Virus record (IMG/VR): IMGVR_UViG_3300044724_004793
Coordinates: 1 to 64,000 of that record
Strand: one strand, 5' to 3'
Origin: a virus
Length of the DNA stretch: 64,000 bases
The position numbers were made by a program, and so were the translations under genes. The notes beneath the pieces were generated by a model. The model had not been told where the DNA came from. It was given only the letters and a program-made list of their open reading frames with translations, and searched no databases. This document shows, piece after piece, positions 47,631 through 55,569 of the stretch (the first letter of the stretch is position 1; each line of letters begins with the position of its first letter).

Positions 47631-48039
47631 ATCTTACAAAGATTATTTAACAGAAGCAGAGCAGGCTATGGTCCCACAGCCTGGAGACTGTCTGCATTTT
47701 ATTACTGAAGATGGCGTTGAGCATATCCAGTTAGAAAGGGATTCCGCCGTCGACAAACTGGCAGACGCCGCTGGCATAAAAAAATATGGCAAAAAGGCCT
47801 GGGGTTGGATAAAAAAAACACTTGGTATTGGTGGTGGTGTTGGCGCCGGAGCAGGTGCAGGACTTTTAGGAGGCGCTCTATTAGGTGGAGGTGGTGGTGG
47901 TAGTGGTGCTTTTAAAGCAGGATATGATTTAGCCAGTAACCAATTTGTAGGTGATAATCCCCTTATAGAGACACTTAACAAACAAGTCCACACTGAATAC
48001 CCACAAAATATCTCCCATTTTATAATAGATCTACGATAA
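47623..48039 (+). CDS. Gly-rich protein with a capsid-targeting-like N-terminus
   Basis: MIKSYKDYLTEA; KKYGKKAWGWIKK followed by a glycine-zipper segment. Confidence 0.65.
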   Translation: MIKSYKDYLTEAEQAMVPQPGDCLHFITEDGVEHIQLERDSAVDKLADAAGIKKYGKKAWGWIKKTLGIGGGVGAGAGAGLLGGALLGGGGGGSGAFKAGYDLASNQFVGDNPLIETLNKQVHTEYPQNISHFIIDLR

Positions 48040-48058
48040 TCCCTTAGAGTAAAACTAT

Positions 48059-48664
48059 ATGGCAAGTCTTGACAATATGGTTCACGAAATACCAGAGCTA
48101 TCTTTAGATTTGGATACGTGCTACAATGTAATACAACACGCAGAGGATACAAACTCTACGGATAGTAGCTTTCAGGTTCCTGATCTATACTTTAAATATC
48201 TCACTAATAAAATCTATGCTAAGATTGACAATGCAATTATAATGAAGTTTTGGCCTGATAGCTGGTTAAATTGGCATAAAGACGTAATAAGAACAGCCGC
48301 TATAAACGTATTACTAACTGATAACCATAGTAGCTACGAAAGTCTAATGATAAACCCCGCTACACATGAAGTACATAATATAAATTATACAACTGGCGTT
48401 CCTTTACTGTATAATACAAGAAATATACACATGGTGCGTAATAATCATTTAACTTGTCCAAGATATATTTTAAGTATCTCCTTTAACGATAACATGCATA
48501 GCGGCAGTAATTTTACGTTCCAAGAACTAGTCGAATTATATAATAGGAGGTTATTGATTAATAACACTCAGCAAGTACAGAAATCTCCTAAACTATACTG
48601 GTCTAAAGACAAAATTACTGCTGATATAGATAACCAAGTTTTAGATAAATACACTGCTAACTAA
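48059..48664 (+). CDS. 2OG-Fe(II) oxygenase/cupin-like protein
   Basis: HxD (WHKD), AAIN, distal His (IHMVRN) and RYILSISF motif. Confidence 0.65.
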   Translation: MASLDNMVHEIPELSLDLDTCYNVIQHAEDTNSTDSSFQVPDLYFKYLTNKIYAKIDNAIIMKFWPDSWLNWHKDVIRTAAINVLLTDNHSSYESLMINPATHEVHNINYTTGVPLLYNTRNIHMVRNNHLTCPRYILSISFNDNMHSGSNFTFQELVELYNRRLLINNTQQVQKSPKLYWSKDKITADIDNQVLDKYTAN

Positions 48665-48727
48665 AATGTTAGTTTATGCAGGATACCACCTGCGTAGCCC
48701 TAGAACGGCCCAACAAGGAGAAACAAA

Positions 48728-49165
48728 ATGGGTAGACCAATGAAACTTGCCGAAACAGTAGACGGCAATTTAAAAGTAGCAGCAGCAAATACCAGTGGTA
48801 CAATTGGTGATACAGCCCTTAGCGGTAGTACACAGATCCAATTCACAGGATTTGTTGAAGGCGGTAGCGCAAACACAGGTTATGCTAGTGCTCAAAAGGG
48901 TTCAACAACATTTAAGATTACTACTTCAGACGGCACAGGAGATCTTATCCTAAACGCTGTTGCAAGTGGTTCACTTAGTGCAGGCGAATGCCAACTTACA
49001 GCAACTGACAGTGATGCAAATACTTACTATGTAAGTAAGATTACTTCACGTTATGTAACACTAGTACCAAACGATGGTGTACAGTTCACAAGTGGACAAC
49101 GTGCACTATGGGTTGCTAGCGGTAGCGAAGTAAGCGGCTCAGCAGTCAGCATTCCGCTAGCATAA
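48728..49165 (+). CDS. Small virion structural protein (possibly head decoration)
   Basis: AGGAG SD, late promoter at 48646, S/G/T-rich; MGRP...QKGS..F...YYVSKIT. Confidence 0.7.
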   Translation: MGRPMKLAETVDGNLKVAAANTSGTIGDTALSGSTQIQFTGFVEGGSANTGYASAQKGSTTFKITTSDGTGDLILNAVASGSLSAGECQLTATDSDANTYYVSKITSRYVTLVPNDGVQFTSGQRALWVASGSEVSGSAVSIPLA

Positions 49166-49177
49166 TAAGGTTTTACT

Positions 49178-49753
49178 TTGGATATTAGCCAAATAAAACA
49201 ACGCTTATCAAGCATTCAAAACAGTTGCCCTAGAACTAGGGCAACTGAATGCTTTTGCGAAAGCGTTAACAAGATACAAGAAGCAGAGCAAGATATAATT
49301 GCAGTCTGCAATCTTGAACACTCAGACACAGTGACGGGCACCATTCTGTTTATACAGCGCGGTGACAGTCCTACCTTAATAAAGGGAACAATCACTGGAT
49401 TACAACCTGGTAAGCATGGGTTTCACATACATGAGTATGGAGACTTGAGCAAGGGTTGTGAATCTGCTGGTGCTCACTACAATCCTGACGGTGTAGATCA
49501 TGGAGATCTGGAGCAGGGCCATGTGGGGGACTTAGGCAATATTGAAGCAAACGATCAAGGAATCGCAAACTTTAGTATTGTTTCAAAACGTGTTGATCTA
49601 ACAGGTGATCGTAGCATCGTGGGCAGAGCCGCAGTGGTTCATGCTGATGAAGACGATCTAGGTCAAGGCGGAGATGAAGAAAGCCTCAAAACCGGTAATG
49701 CTGGGGATCGATTGGCATGCGGCGTAATAGTCCTTGCCAAAACAGATACCTAA
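49178..49753 (+). CDS. sodC: Cu/Zn superoxide dismutase
   Basis: HGFHIHEYGD, CESAGAHYNP, HGD..GHVGDLGN, VVHADEDDLG and GNAGDRLACGVI; all metal ligands and the disulfide Cys pair present. Confidence 0.96.
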   Translation: MDISQIKQRLSSIQNSCPRTRATECFCESVNKIQEAEQDIIAVCNLEHSDTVTGTILFIQRGDSPTLIKGTITGLQPGKHGFHIHEYGDLSKGCESAGAHYNPDGVDHGDLEQGHVGDLGNIEANDQGIANFSIVSKRVDLTGDRSIVGRAAVVHADEDDLGQGGDEESLKTGNAGDRLACGVIVLAKTDT

Positions 49754-49765
49754 GGAGATAAAAAT

Positions 49766-49933
49766 ATGAAAATTGTAAATTGGGTAAAAGACCGTATCGC
49801 TGAACGTACCTCATGGGACGGCGGCGTAGTAATTGCAGTTAGTGTTCTTGCACTAATTGCTAGTCCTATTATTAAATGGGTAGCATGGGCAGGGCTTGCC
49901 TATGGTATTTGGACAATTATTAAGAAAGACTGA
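49766..49933 (+). CDS. Small two-TM membrane protein (55 aa, not in the ORF track)
   Basis: AAGGAG SD; translates as MKIVNWVKDRIAERTSWDGGVVIAVSVLALIASPIIKWVAWAGLAYGIWTIIKKD. Confidence 0.8.
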   Translation: MKIVNWVKDRIAERTSWDGGVVIAVSVLALIASPIIKWVAWAGLAYGIWTIIKKD

Positions 49934-49956
49934 CAAATAACATTACGTTAAAGATT

Positions 49957-49990
49957 AAGGATCAGTGAGTAATATCACTGGTCCTTTTTT
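49957..49990 (+). terminator. Intrinsic terminator
   Basis: AAGGATCAGTGA-gtaata-TCACTGGTCC followed by T6. Confidence 0.85.
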
Positions 49991-50022
49991 GTTAATAAGT
50001 ATATTATGTAGGAGTTAACCAT

Positions 50023-50457
50023 ATGCGTGATGAATATTTTTTACCATTTAATGACATGATTGTCAGCACACGCGAAGAAACAGGACATGCACTACCAGAA
50101 AATGTAGAAGTCTATGTTAGTGCACTATTAGCAAGTTTTATCAATAAACCAGATTTTTTACCAGAAAAATCCTTTGCAGAGGCGTATGCTATTTTAACTA
50201 ACAAAGATTACACTAGTGCTAAACATCTGGGAGACACTTGTTTATTTTTAAGCGGAGTCTTTCCTAAGTACGGGGTCCGATATGGGTTAAATAAGACATA
50301 CTATAGACGTATTGGGAGCAGTAGTTACGGCATAGCCAGTGAACGACTACAACAAGACGTTTTTCAATTGTTGTCAAGACATTTTAATTTTGTAGCAGAA
50401 TACATTCAAGTATCAATCAACCCAAGAGTAACTTTAAGGATTTTTGATGAGTCGTAG
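50023..50457 (+). CDS. Hypothetical helical protein
   Basis: AGGAG SD; E.YV..LL..F...LGDTCLFLSGVFP...YY..IG..SY pattern. Confidence 0.75.
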   Translation: MRDEYFLPFNDMIVSTREETGHALPENVEVYVSALLASFINKPDFLPEKSFAEAYAILTNKDYTSAKHLGDTCLFLSGVFPKYGVRYGLNKTYYRRIGSSSYGIASERLQQDVFQLLSRHFNFVAEYIQVSINPRVTLRIFDES

Positions 50458-52012
50458 TTTAGAGGGTGTTTTAATAAAAAAAGCACACCAAAGCCAGAAG
50501 TTTACACCTGCCCAAGTACAAGAGTTTGCTAAATGTGCAAATCCTGTAACAGGTCCATATTACTTTATGAAAAACTTTTTTACCATACAACATCCTACAA
50601 AAGGACAGTTACTATATAAAGCATATGATTATCAAGAAAAACTGTTAGAAACATATCATACCCATCGATTTAACGTTAACATGTTGCCCAGACAAACTGG
50701 TAAGACAACCACAGCCGCTGGTTACTTGTTATGGAGAGCGATGTTTGTGCCAGATAGCATTGTCCTTATCGCTGCGCACAAGTATAGTGGCGCTCAAGAG
50801 ATTATGAGCCGTATACGTTATGCTTATGAGCTATGCCCTGATTATATACGTGCTGGCGTTACTAGTTATAATAAAGGCAGTATAGAGTTTGAAAACGGAT
50901 CACGACTCATAAGCCAAGCAACAACAGAAAACACAGGACGTGGGTTAAGTCTTAGTTTGCTATATTGTGACGAGTTTGCATTTGTGCGTCCTACTATTGC
51001 TAGAGAGTTTTGGACCAGTATTAGTCCTACACTGGCAACTGGTGGTGCAGCTATTATTACTAGTACACCTAACAGTGATGAAGACCAGTTTGCTGAGATA
51101 TGGAGACTTGCTAACAAGTGTTTTGATGTAAATGGCAATGAAACGGATGTAGGTATTAATGGATTTAAAGCATATCGTAGTTACTGGCAAGATCATCCTG
51201 ACAGAGATGAACAGTGGAAAAAAGAAGAACTAGGACGTATTGGTGAGGAGCGTTTTAGACGTGAACATGAATGTGAATTCATTATTAACGATGAAACACT
51301 TATCAATAGTTTAGTATTAGCCAGTATGCGAGGCGAAGATCCTATGTTTAACCAAGGCACAGTTCGCTGGTACAGAAAGCCTATGAGAGATAGACTATAT
51401 ATTGTAGCACTTGATCCTAGTTTGGGCACAGGCGGAGACCCTGCCGCAATACAGGTGTTTGAAGCACCTAGTATGACTCAAGTAGCTGAATGGTGTCATA
51501 ATAAAACGCCTATACCACAACAAATAAAAATACTTGTAGAAATGTGCAAGTACATACAAAGTGAAACACAGAGCGAGAATAGTGTGTATTACAGTGTAGA
51601 GAATAACACACTGGGAGAAGCAGCTCTTATTAGCATTGCTGATATAGGTGAAGAAAACATATCTGGTATCTTTCTTAGCGAAACCAAGTCACACGGCAAT
51701 GCTAGGCGTTTCCGTAAGGGATTTAACACCACACAGCGGTCTAAACTTAGTAGTTGTGCAAAGCTAAAAACACTAATAGAAACAGAAAGAATGACCGTTA
51801 ACAGCAAGATGTTAGTAAGTGAACTTAAAAATTTTATTGCTAATGGTACTAGTTATGCTGCAAAAATAGGTGAAACAGACGATCTAGTAATGAGTACAAT
51901 ACTTGCTCTGCGTATGGCCACACAGTTAAAGAACTACATACCAGAGCTAGAAAACCAAATAAGGGATAGTAATGACTTTACAAGAGACCCTATGCCTTTT
52001 GTTTTAATTTAA
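50447..52012 (+). CDS. gp17: Terminase large subunit (T4 gp17)
   Basis: YDYQ, PRQTGKTT, LLYCDEFAFV, ITSTPN, FRREHECEF, LDPSLG.GGD, VENN and DDLVMS motifs; uninterrupted. Confidence 0.97.
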   Translation: MSRSLEGVLIKKAHQSQKFTPAQVQEFAKCANPVTGPYYFMKNFFTIQHPTKGQLLYKAYDYQEKLLETYHTHRFNVNMLPRQTGKTTTAAGYLLWRAMFVPDSIVLIAAHKYSGAQEIMSRIRYAYELCPDYIRAGVTSYNKGSIEFENGSRLISQATTENTGRGLSLSLLYCDEFAFVRPTIAREFWTSISPTLATGGAAIITSTPNSDEDQFAEIWRLANKCFDVNGNETDVGINGFKAYRSYWQDHPDRDEQWKKEELGRIGEERFRREHECEFIINDETLINSLVLASMRGEDPMFNQGTVRWYRKPMRDRLYIVALDPSLGTGGDPAAIQVFEAPSMTQVAEWCHNKTPIPQQIKILVEMCKYIQSETQSENSVYYSVENNTLGEAALISIADIGEENISGIFLSETKSHGNARRFRKGFNTTQRSKLSSCAKLKTLIETERMTVNSKMLVSELKNFIANGTSYAAKIGETDDLVMSTILALRMATQLKNYIPELENQIRDSNDFTRDPMPFVLI

Positions 52013-52022
52013 TAAATACAAT

Positions 52023-54299
52023 ATGAGTGCATTATCCAAAGATCTACACGAAAGACTACGTGGAAAATTTAATAGTCTAACAATGGGCAGAGATGACGGT
52101 GCTAAGACACTAGTGCCAGATGAATCAGTATTCTTTGAGTTCCAATTTACAGAAGGTGCAAATAACTACGGTAGTGTAGTTGTAAGTATCTTAGATGAAG
52201 GATCACTTAAAGTATATTTCAAAAGCGATATTATAGAGGAAGCAGACGCCAAAGGCAAAAGCAAATGGTATGATTTCCTAAAAGATCTTAGATTTTTTAG
52301 CTCACAAAATATGTTAAACTACGAAGCAAAAAATATTACAAAGTCGCGATTGGACAAAGCAGACTTTGATTTCTTAGTAGGACAAAGTAAAAGCAAGGAT
52401 GACATAGCCATGGAAAGCAAATTATACGGTAGCAGACAAAAGAGTTATCAGGACCTTAACGGTGCAAAACTTATTGTTCAGCACACTAAAACTGTAGACG
52501 AAGATAAAATGGGAAGTCGCAGCAGAAACATTAGCGCAATTTATATTGAAAACGCGATAGGCGAAAGATTGCGGTTTGAGAACAACTATCTACCAGGGGC
52601 TAGAGCAATGGCTCGCCACGTAAGTAACGGTGGATATCAAAACGATGAATACGGAGAGCACATTTCAGAGATCATGGCAGAAATGAGCGAACTAAAATCC
52701 TTTGTTCGAGGTGTCAAACGTAGTGACTACGTTACTGAAGATAGCCAAGAGATCATTGACCTTGCGACTGATCGTTACTATGGCTTAAAAAGTACACTAG
52801 AAGCAGTTAGTAAGCAAAAAGGATATGTAAATTATTTTGAGAACTACGAGCCAAGCGATATTGAAGTTGATGAGAACGATATTAGTGATTTAAAAACAAA
52901 ACTTACACGTGAAGTATTTGATGATAGATTAGAGAGTAGCCTAGGCGCAGTTAGCCGCGCAATCAAGATTAGAGAAAAAGAAGGTGATGTAGACTTTAAC
53001 ACATTTAATAAGTGGAAAAAAGAAGCACTGCGTAGAGGTTTCACAGTAGACGGTGATAACCTAGGCGCACAAGCAGTGGACCAATCAGGTGAACAGCAGG
53101 GCGGATGGGAAAAAGATCCACAATTTAGCGGTACTAGTTCAGAATGGGCTGGTTGGTTAGAAATTGAAGATGACGATACAATTGGTATTGGTGATTATCA
53201 GTTACCAGAAAAAGTTGATTTAATACCTGGCGGAAAATGGACATATCAGTCAATGGATATGCAGGACATGGGTAAGTCCGAACAAATAAATGCTATGCTT
53301 AGATTGACCCTAAGCGATATTGCAGACAGAGCAGTGGACAATGAAACACAAAACTTTGCTGCTAAGATGAGTGATTTAGTAGGATCAGAAGGTACACCAT
53401 TTGGTCTTAAAACAATTGATCCAGAAGAATATAAACGAGAAAAGGCCAAAGCAGTTAAACTTGTAAAAATGGCTATCACACAGCCTAAAGCAATTGAAGG
53501 TCCTAAAGAAGACGTAGAGTCTGCAACATATGATCCCATGCAAGAGTATGAGGATACACTGGAAGATATTGTTTTAGCAAAAGAAGCAAAGCCAGACTAC
53601 TTAGATTTTGACGGCGATGGCGACAAAGACGAGCCAATGAAAAAAGCACTCAAAGATAAAGAAAAGAAAGACGAGTCCATTGAAGTAGACCTTGACGAAG
53701 GGAAGATGAACAATGCGACGATGCAAGCAAACAGTCCAAGGATTGAAAAAGCAAAAAAACTTATGGGTCCATCTACAAATAGAAAAGAAGGCATACAGAT
53801 GGTTGCAAAAGGTATGCCCACTTCAGAAAAAGAGGCTACTAAACTGGTTGATACAGTTATAAAGATGACGATGCAGAAGAATGACTATGTCCCAGAAAAA
53901 GTTGACCTTGATGAAGAGCCTAACGAAGGCAATAAGTTTTCAGGAGAGCTAGATAAAGCTAAAAAAGATGGAAAAGATGAGTTTGAAGTAGACGGTAAAA
54001 AATATAAAGTCGAAGGTCGTATATCAGACGTACATCTAGAGATTACACAGATGATCGACGATGGCGAAAGCGACGAAGAGATCAGTAAAGTAACTGGATT
54101 TAGTGTAAGAGACGTAAAGGCAGTAAGAAAGCAGGTAAGCGATGAGCCCGCTGAATATGATGAAAGCATTGAATGGCTTAAAAAGGCAGCAGGCGTAGGG
54201 TCAACAGCAAATAGTAACTTTGGCATTAGAGAAGGCGAGCAAGGGTACCAGAAAAAACTCAGAGACGAAATAGGCAAATATCTAGAAAGTCTAAACTAA
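52023..54299 (+). CDS. Large acidic virion/head-associated hypothetical protein
   Basis: Late promoter; RSRNISAIYIEN..GER...GARAMARHVS.GG core; KPDYLDFDGDGDKDEPMKKA and KDEFEVDGKKYKV modules. Confidence 0.75.
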   Translation: MSALSKDLHERLRGKFNSLTMGRDDGAKTLVPDESVFFEFQFTEGANNYGSVVVSILDEGSLKVYFKSDIIEEADAKGKSKWYDFLKDLRFFSSQNMLNYEAKNITKSRLDKADFDFLVGQSKSKDDIAMESKLYGSRQKSYQDLNGAKLIVQHTKTVDEDKMGSRSRNISAIYIENAIGERLRFENNYLPGARAMARHVSNGGYQNDEYGEHISEIMAEMSELKSFVRGVKRSDYVTEDSQEIIDLATDRYYGLKSTLEAVSKQKGYVNYFENYEPSDIEVDENDISDLKTKLTREVFDDRLESSLGAVSRAIKIREKEGDVDFNTFNKWKKEALRRGFTVDGDNLGAQAVDQSGEQQGGWEKDPQFSGTSSEWAGWLEIEDDDTIGIGDYQLPEKVDLIPGGKWTYQSMDMQDMGKSEQINAMLRLTLSDIADRAVDNETQNFAAKMSDLVGSEGTPFGLKTIDPEEYKREKAKAVKLVKMAITQPKAIEGPKEDVESATYDPMQEYEDTLEDIVLAKEAKPDYLDFDGDGDKDEPMKKALKDKEKKDESIEVDLDEGKMNNATMQANSPRIEKAKKLMGPSTNRKEGIQMVAKGMPTSEKEATKLVDTVIKMTMQKNDYVPEKVDLDEEPNEGNKFSGELDKAKKDGKDEFEVDGKKYKVEGRISDVHLEITQMIDDGESDEEISKVTGFSVRDVKAVRKQVSDEPAEYDESIEWLKKAAGVGSTANSNFGIREGEQGYQKKLRDEIGKYLESLN

Positions 54300-54336
54300 T
54301 CAAGCCCCCTAGGGAGGGAACACCCCCCGCCCTAAT

Positions 54337-54377
54337 AAAGAGGTCAGCATCGCCCCCGGCGCTGGCCCCTTTTTTTT
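54337..54377 (+). terminator. Intrinsic terminator candidate
   Basis: GAGGTCAGC...GCTGGCCCC followed by T8. Confidence 0.6.
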
Positions 54378-54400
54378 ATCAGAAAAATGCAATTTAATAC

Positions 54401-54430
54401 TTGACTGTATAAATACATACGTTATATACT
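54401..54430 (+). promoter_or_regulatory. Nested early and late promoters for gp32
   Basis: TTGACT(54401)-N18-TATACT with TATAAATA (54408-54415) inside the spacer. Confidence 0.7.
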
Positions 54431-54519
54431 ATATGAATGTTAACAAGGTTGTTAATGATTATGGTATGTATCTTAGGCATACAACAGGCTAAACATAGGC
54501 AAAAAGGAGAACAGGCATT

Positions 54520-55512
54520 ATGGCATCTTTAGCAGAAATCCGTGCAAAACTAAAAGCACAAGAAACCCGTTCAGAGCGAACAGGTGGCGGCGGCGACAAC
54601 GCAATCTTCCCACATTGGAATATCCCAGAAGGTTCAACATCAGTATTACGTTTCCTTCCAGATCAAGACGAATCAAACACTTTCTTTTGGAAAGAACGTC
54701 TAATGATTCGTTTGCCCTTTGCAGGCGTAAAGGGCGACCACTCCAATCAAGTAACAGTTCAGGTCCCATGCGTAGAAATGTGGGACGATACTTGCCCAGT
54801 ACTGTCAGAAGTACGTGGCTGGTTTAAAGACCCAAGTCTTGAAGATATGGGTCGTAAGTATTGGAAGAAACGTTCATACATTTTCCAAGGCTTCGTAGTA
54901 GAAAATTCTCTAGTAGATGACAATCAGCCAGATAATCCAATCCGTAGGTTTGTTATTAGTCCCAGCATCTTTAACCTTATCAAGGATGCACTTATGGATC
55001 CTGATATTCAGGAACTTCCCACAGACTATGATGCAGGACTTGATTTCCGTGTTACAAAAACAACCAAGGGGCAGTACGCTGATTATTCTACTAGCAAGTG
55101 GGCTCGCAAGGAAACCGCACTAACAGAAGAACAACGTGCAGCAGTTGATAGTTTTGGATTACATAACTTGACCGACTTCCTGCCCAAGCGACCAAATGCT
55201 GCAGAGCTTGGTGCTATTAAGGAAATGTTTGAGGCGTCTGTAGATGGCCAACCATATGATGTTGAACGTTTTGGACAGTATTACCGTCCATATGGAGTTG
55301 ATGCTCCTGCAGGTTCCTCTACGTCTGACACACCTGCACCAGTGGCAACACCAGCGCCAACACCAGAAGTTGCTGATACACCAGCCAAATCTGCTCCAGT
55401 AGCAGAAGTGGCTCCAGAACCTGCTCCAGTAGCAGAAGCGCCAGCAGGCGATACTGGTGGCAAGAGTGCAGAAGACATTCTTGCAATGATCCGAAGCCGT
55501 CAAAAGGCCTAG
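54520..55512 (+). CDS. gp32: Single-stranded DNA-binding protein (T4 gp32-like)
   Basis: MASLAEIRAKL, LRFLPD, VPC.EM....CP, YWKKRSY and GLDF...KT.KGQYADYSTS motifs; Pro/Ala linker; EDILAMIRSRQ tail. Confidence 0.92.
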   Translation: MASLAEIRAKLKAQETRSERTGGGGDNAIFPHWNIPEGSTSVLRFLPDQDESNTFFWKERLMIRLPFAGVKGDHSNQVTVQVPCVEMWDDTCPVLSEVRGWFKDPSLEDMGRKYWKKRSYIFQGFVVENSLVDDNQPDNPIRRFVISPSIFNLIKDALMDPDIQELPTDYDAGLDFRVTKTTKGQYADYSTSKWARKETALTEEQRAAVDSFGLHNLTDFLPKRPNAAELGAIKEMFEASVDGQPYDVERFGQYYRPYGVDAPAGSSTSDTPAPVATPAPTPEVADTPAKSAPVAEVAPEPAPVAEAPAGDTGGKSAEDILAMIRSRQKA

Positions 55513-55517
55513 GTATA

Positions 55518-55547
55518 ATGGGGAGGGTATTTGCCCTCCCCACATTT
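55518..55547 (+). terminator. Strong hairpin after gp32 (terminator or processing site)
   Basis: TGGGGAGGGT-attt-GCCCTCCCCA followed by a weak T-tail. Confidence 0.6.
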
Positions 55548-55569
55548 CTTAAAAAACTGGAGATATAAT

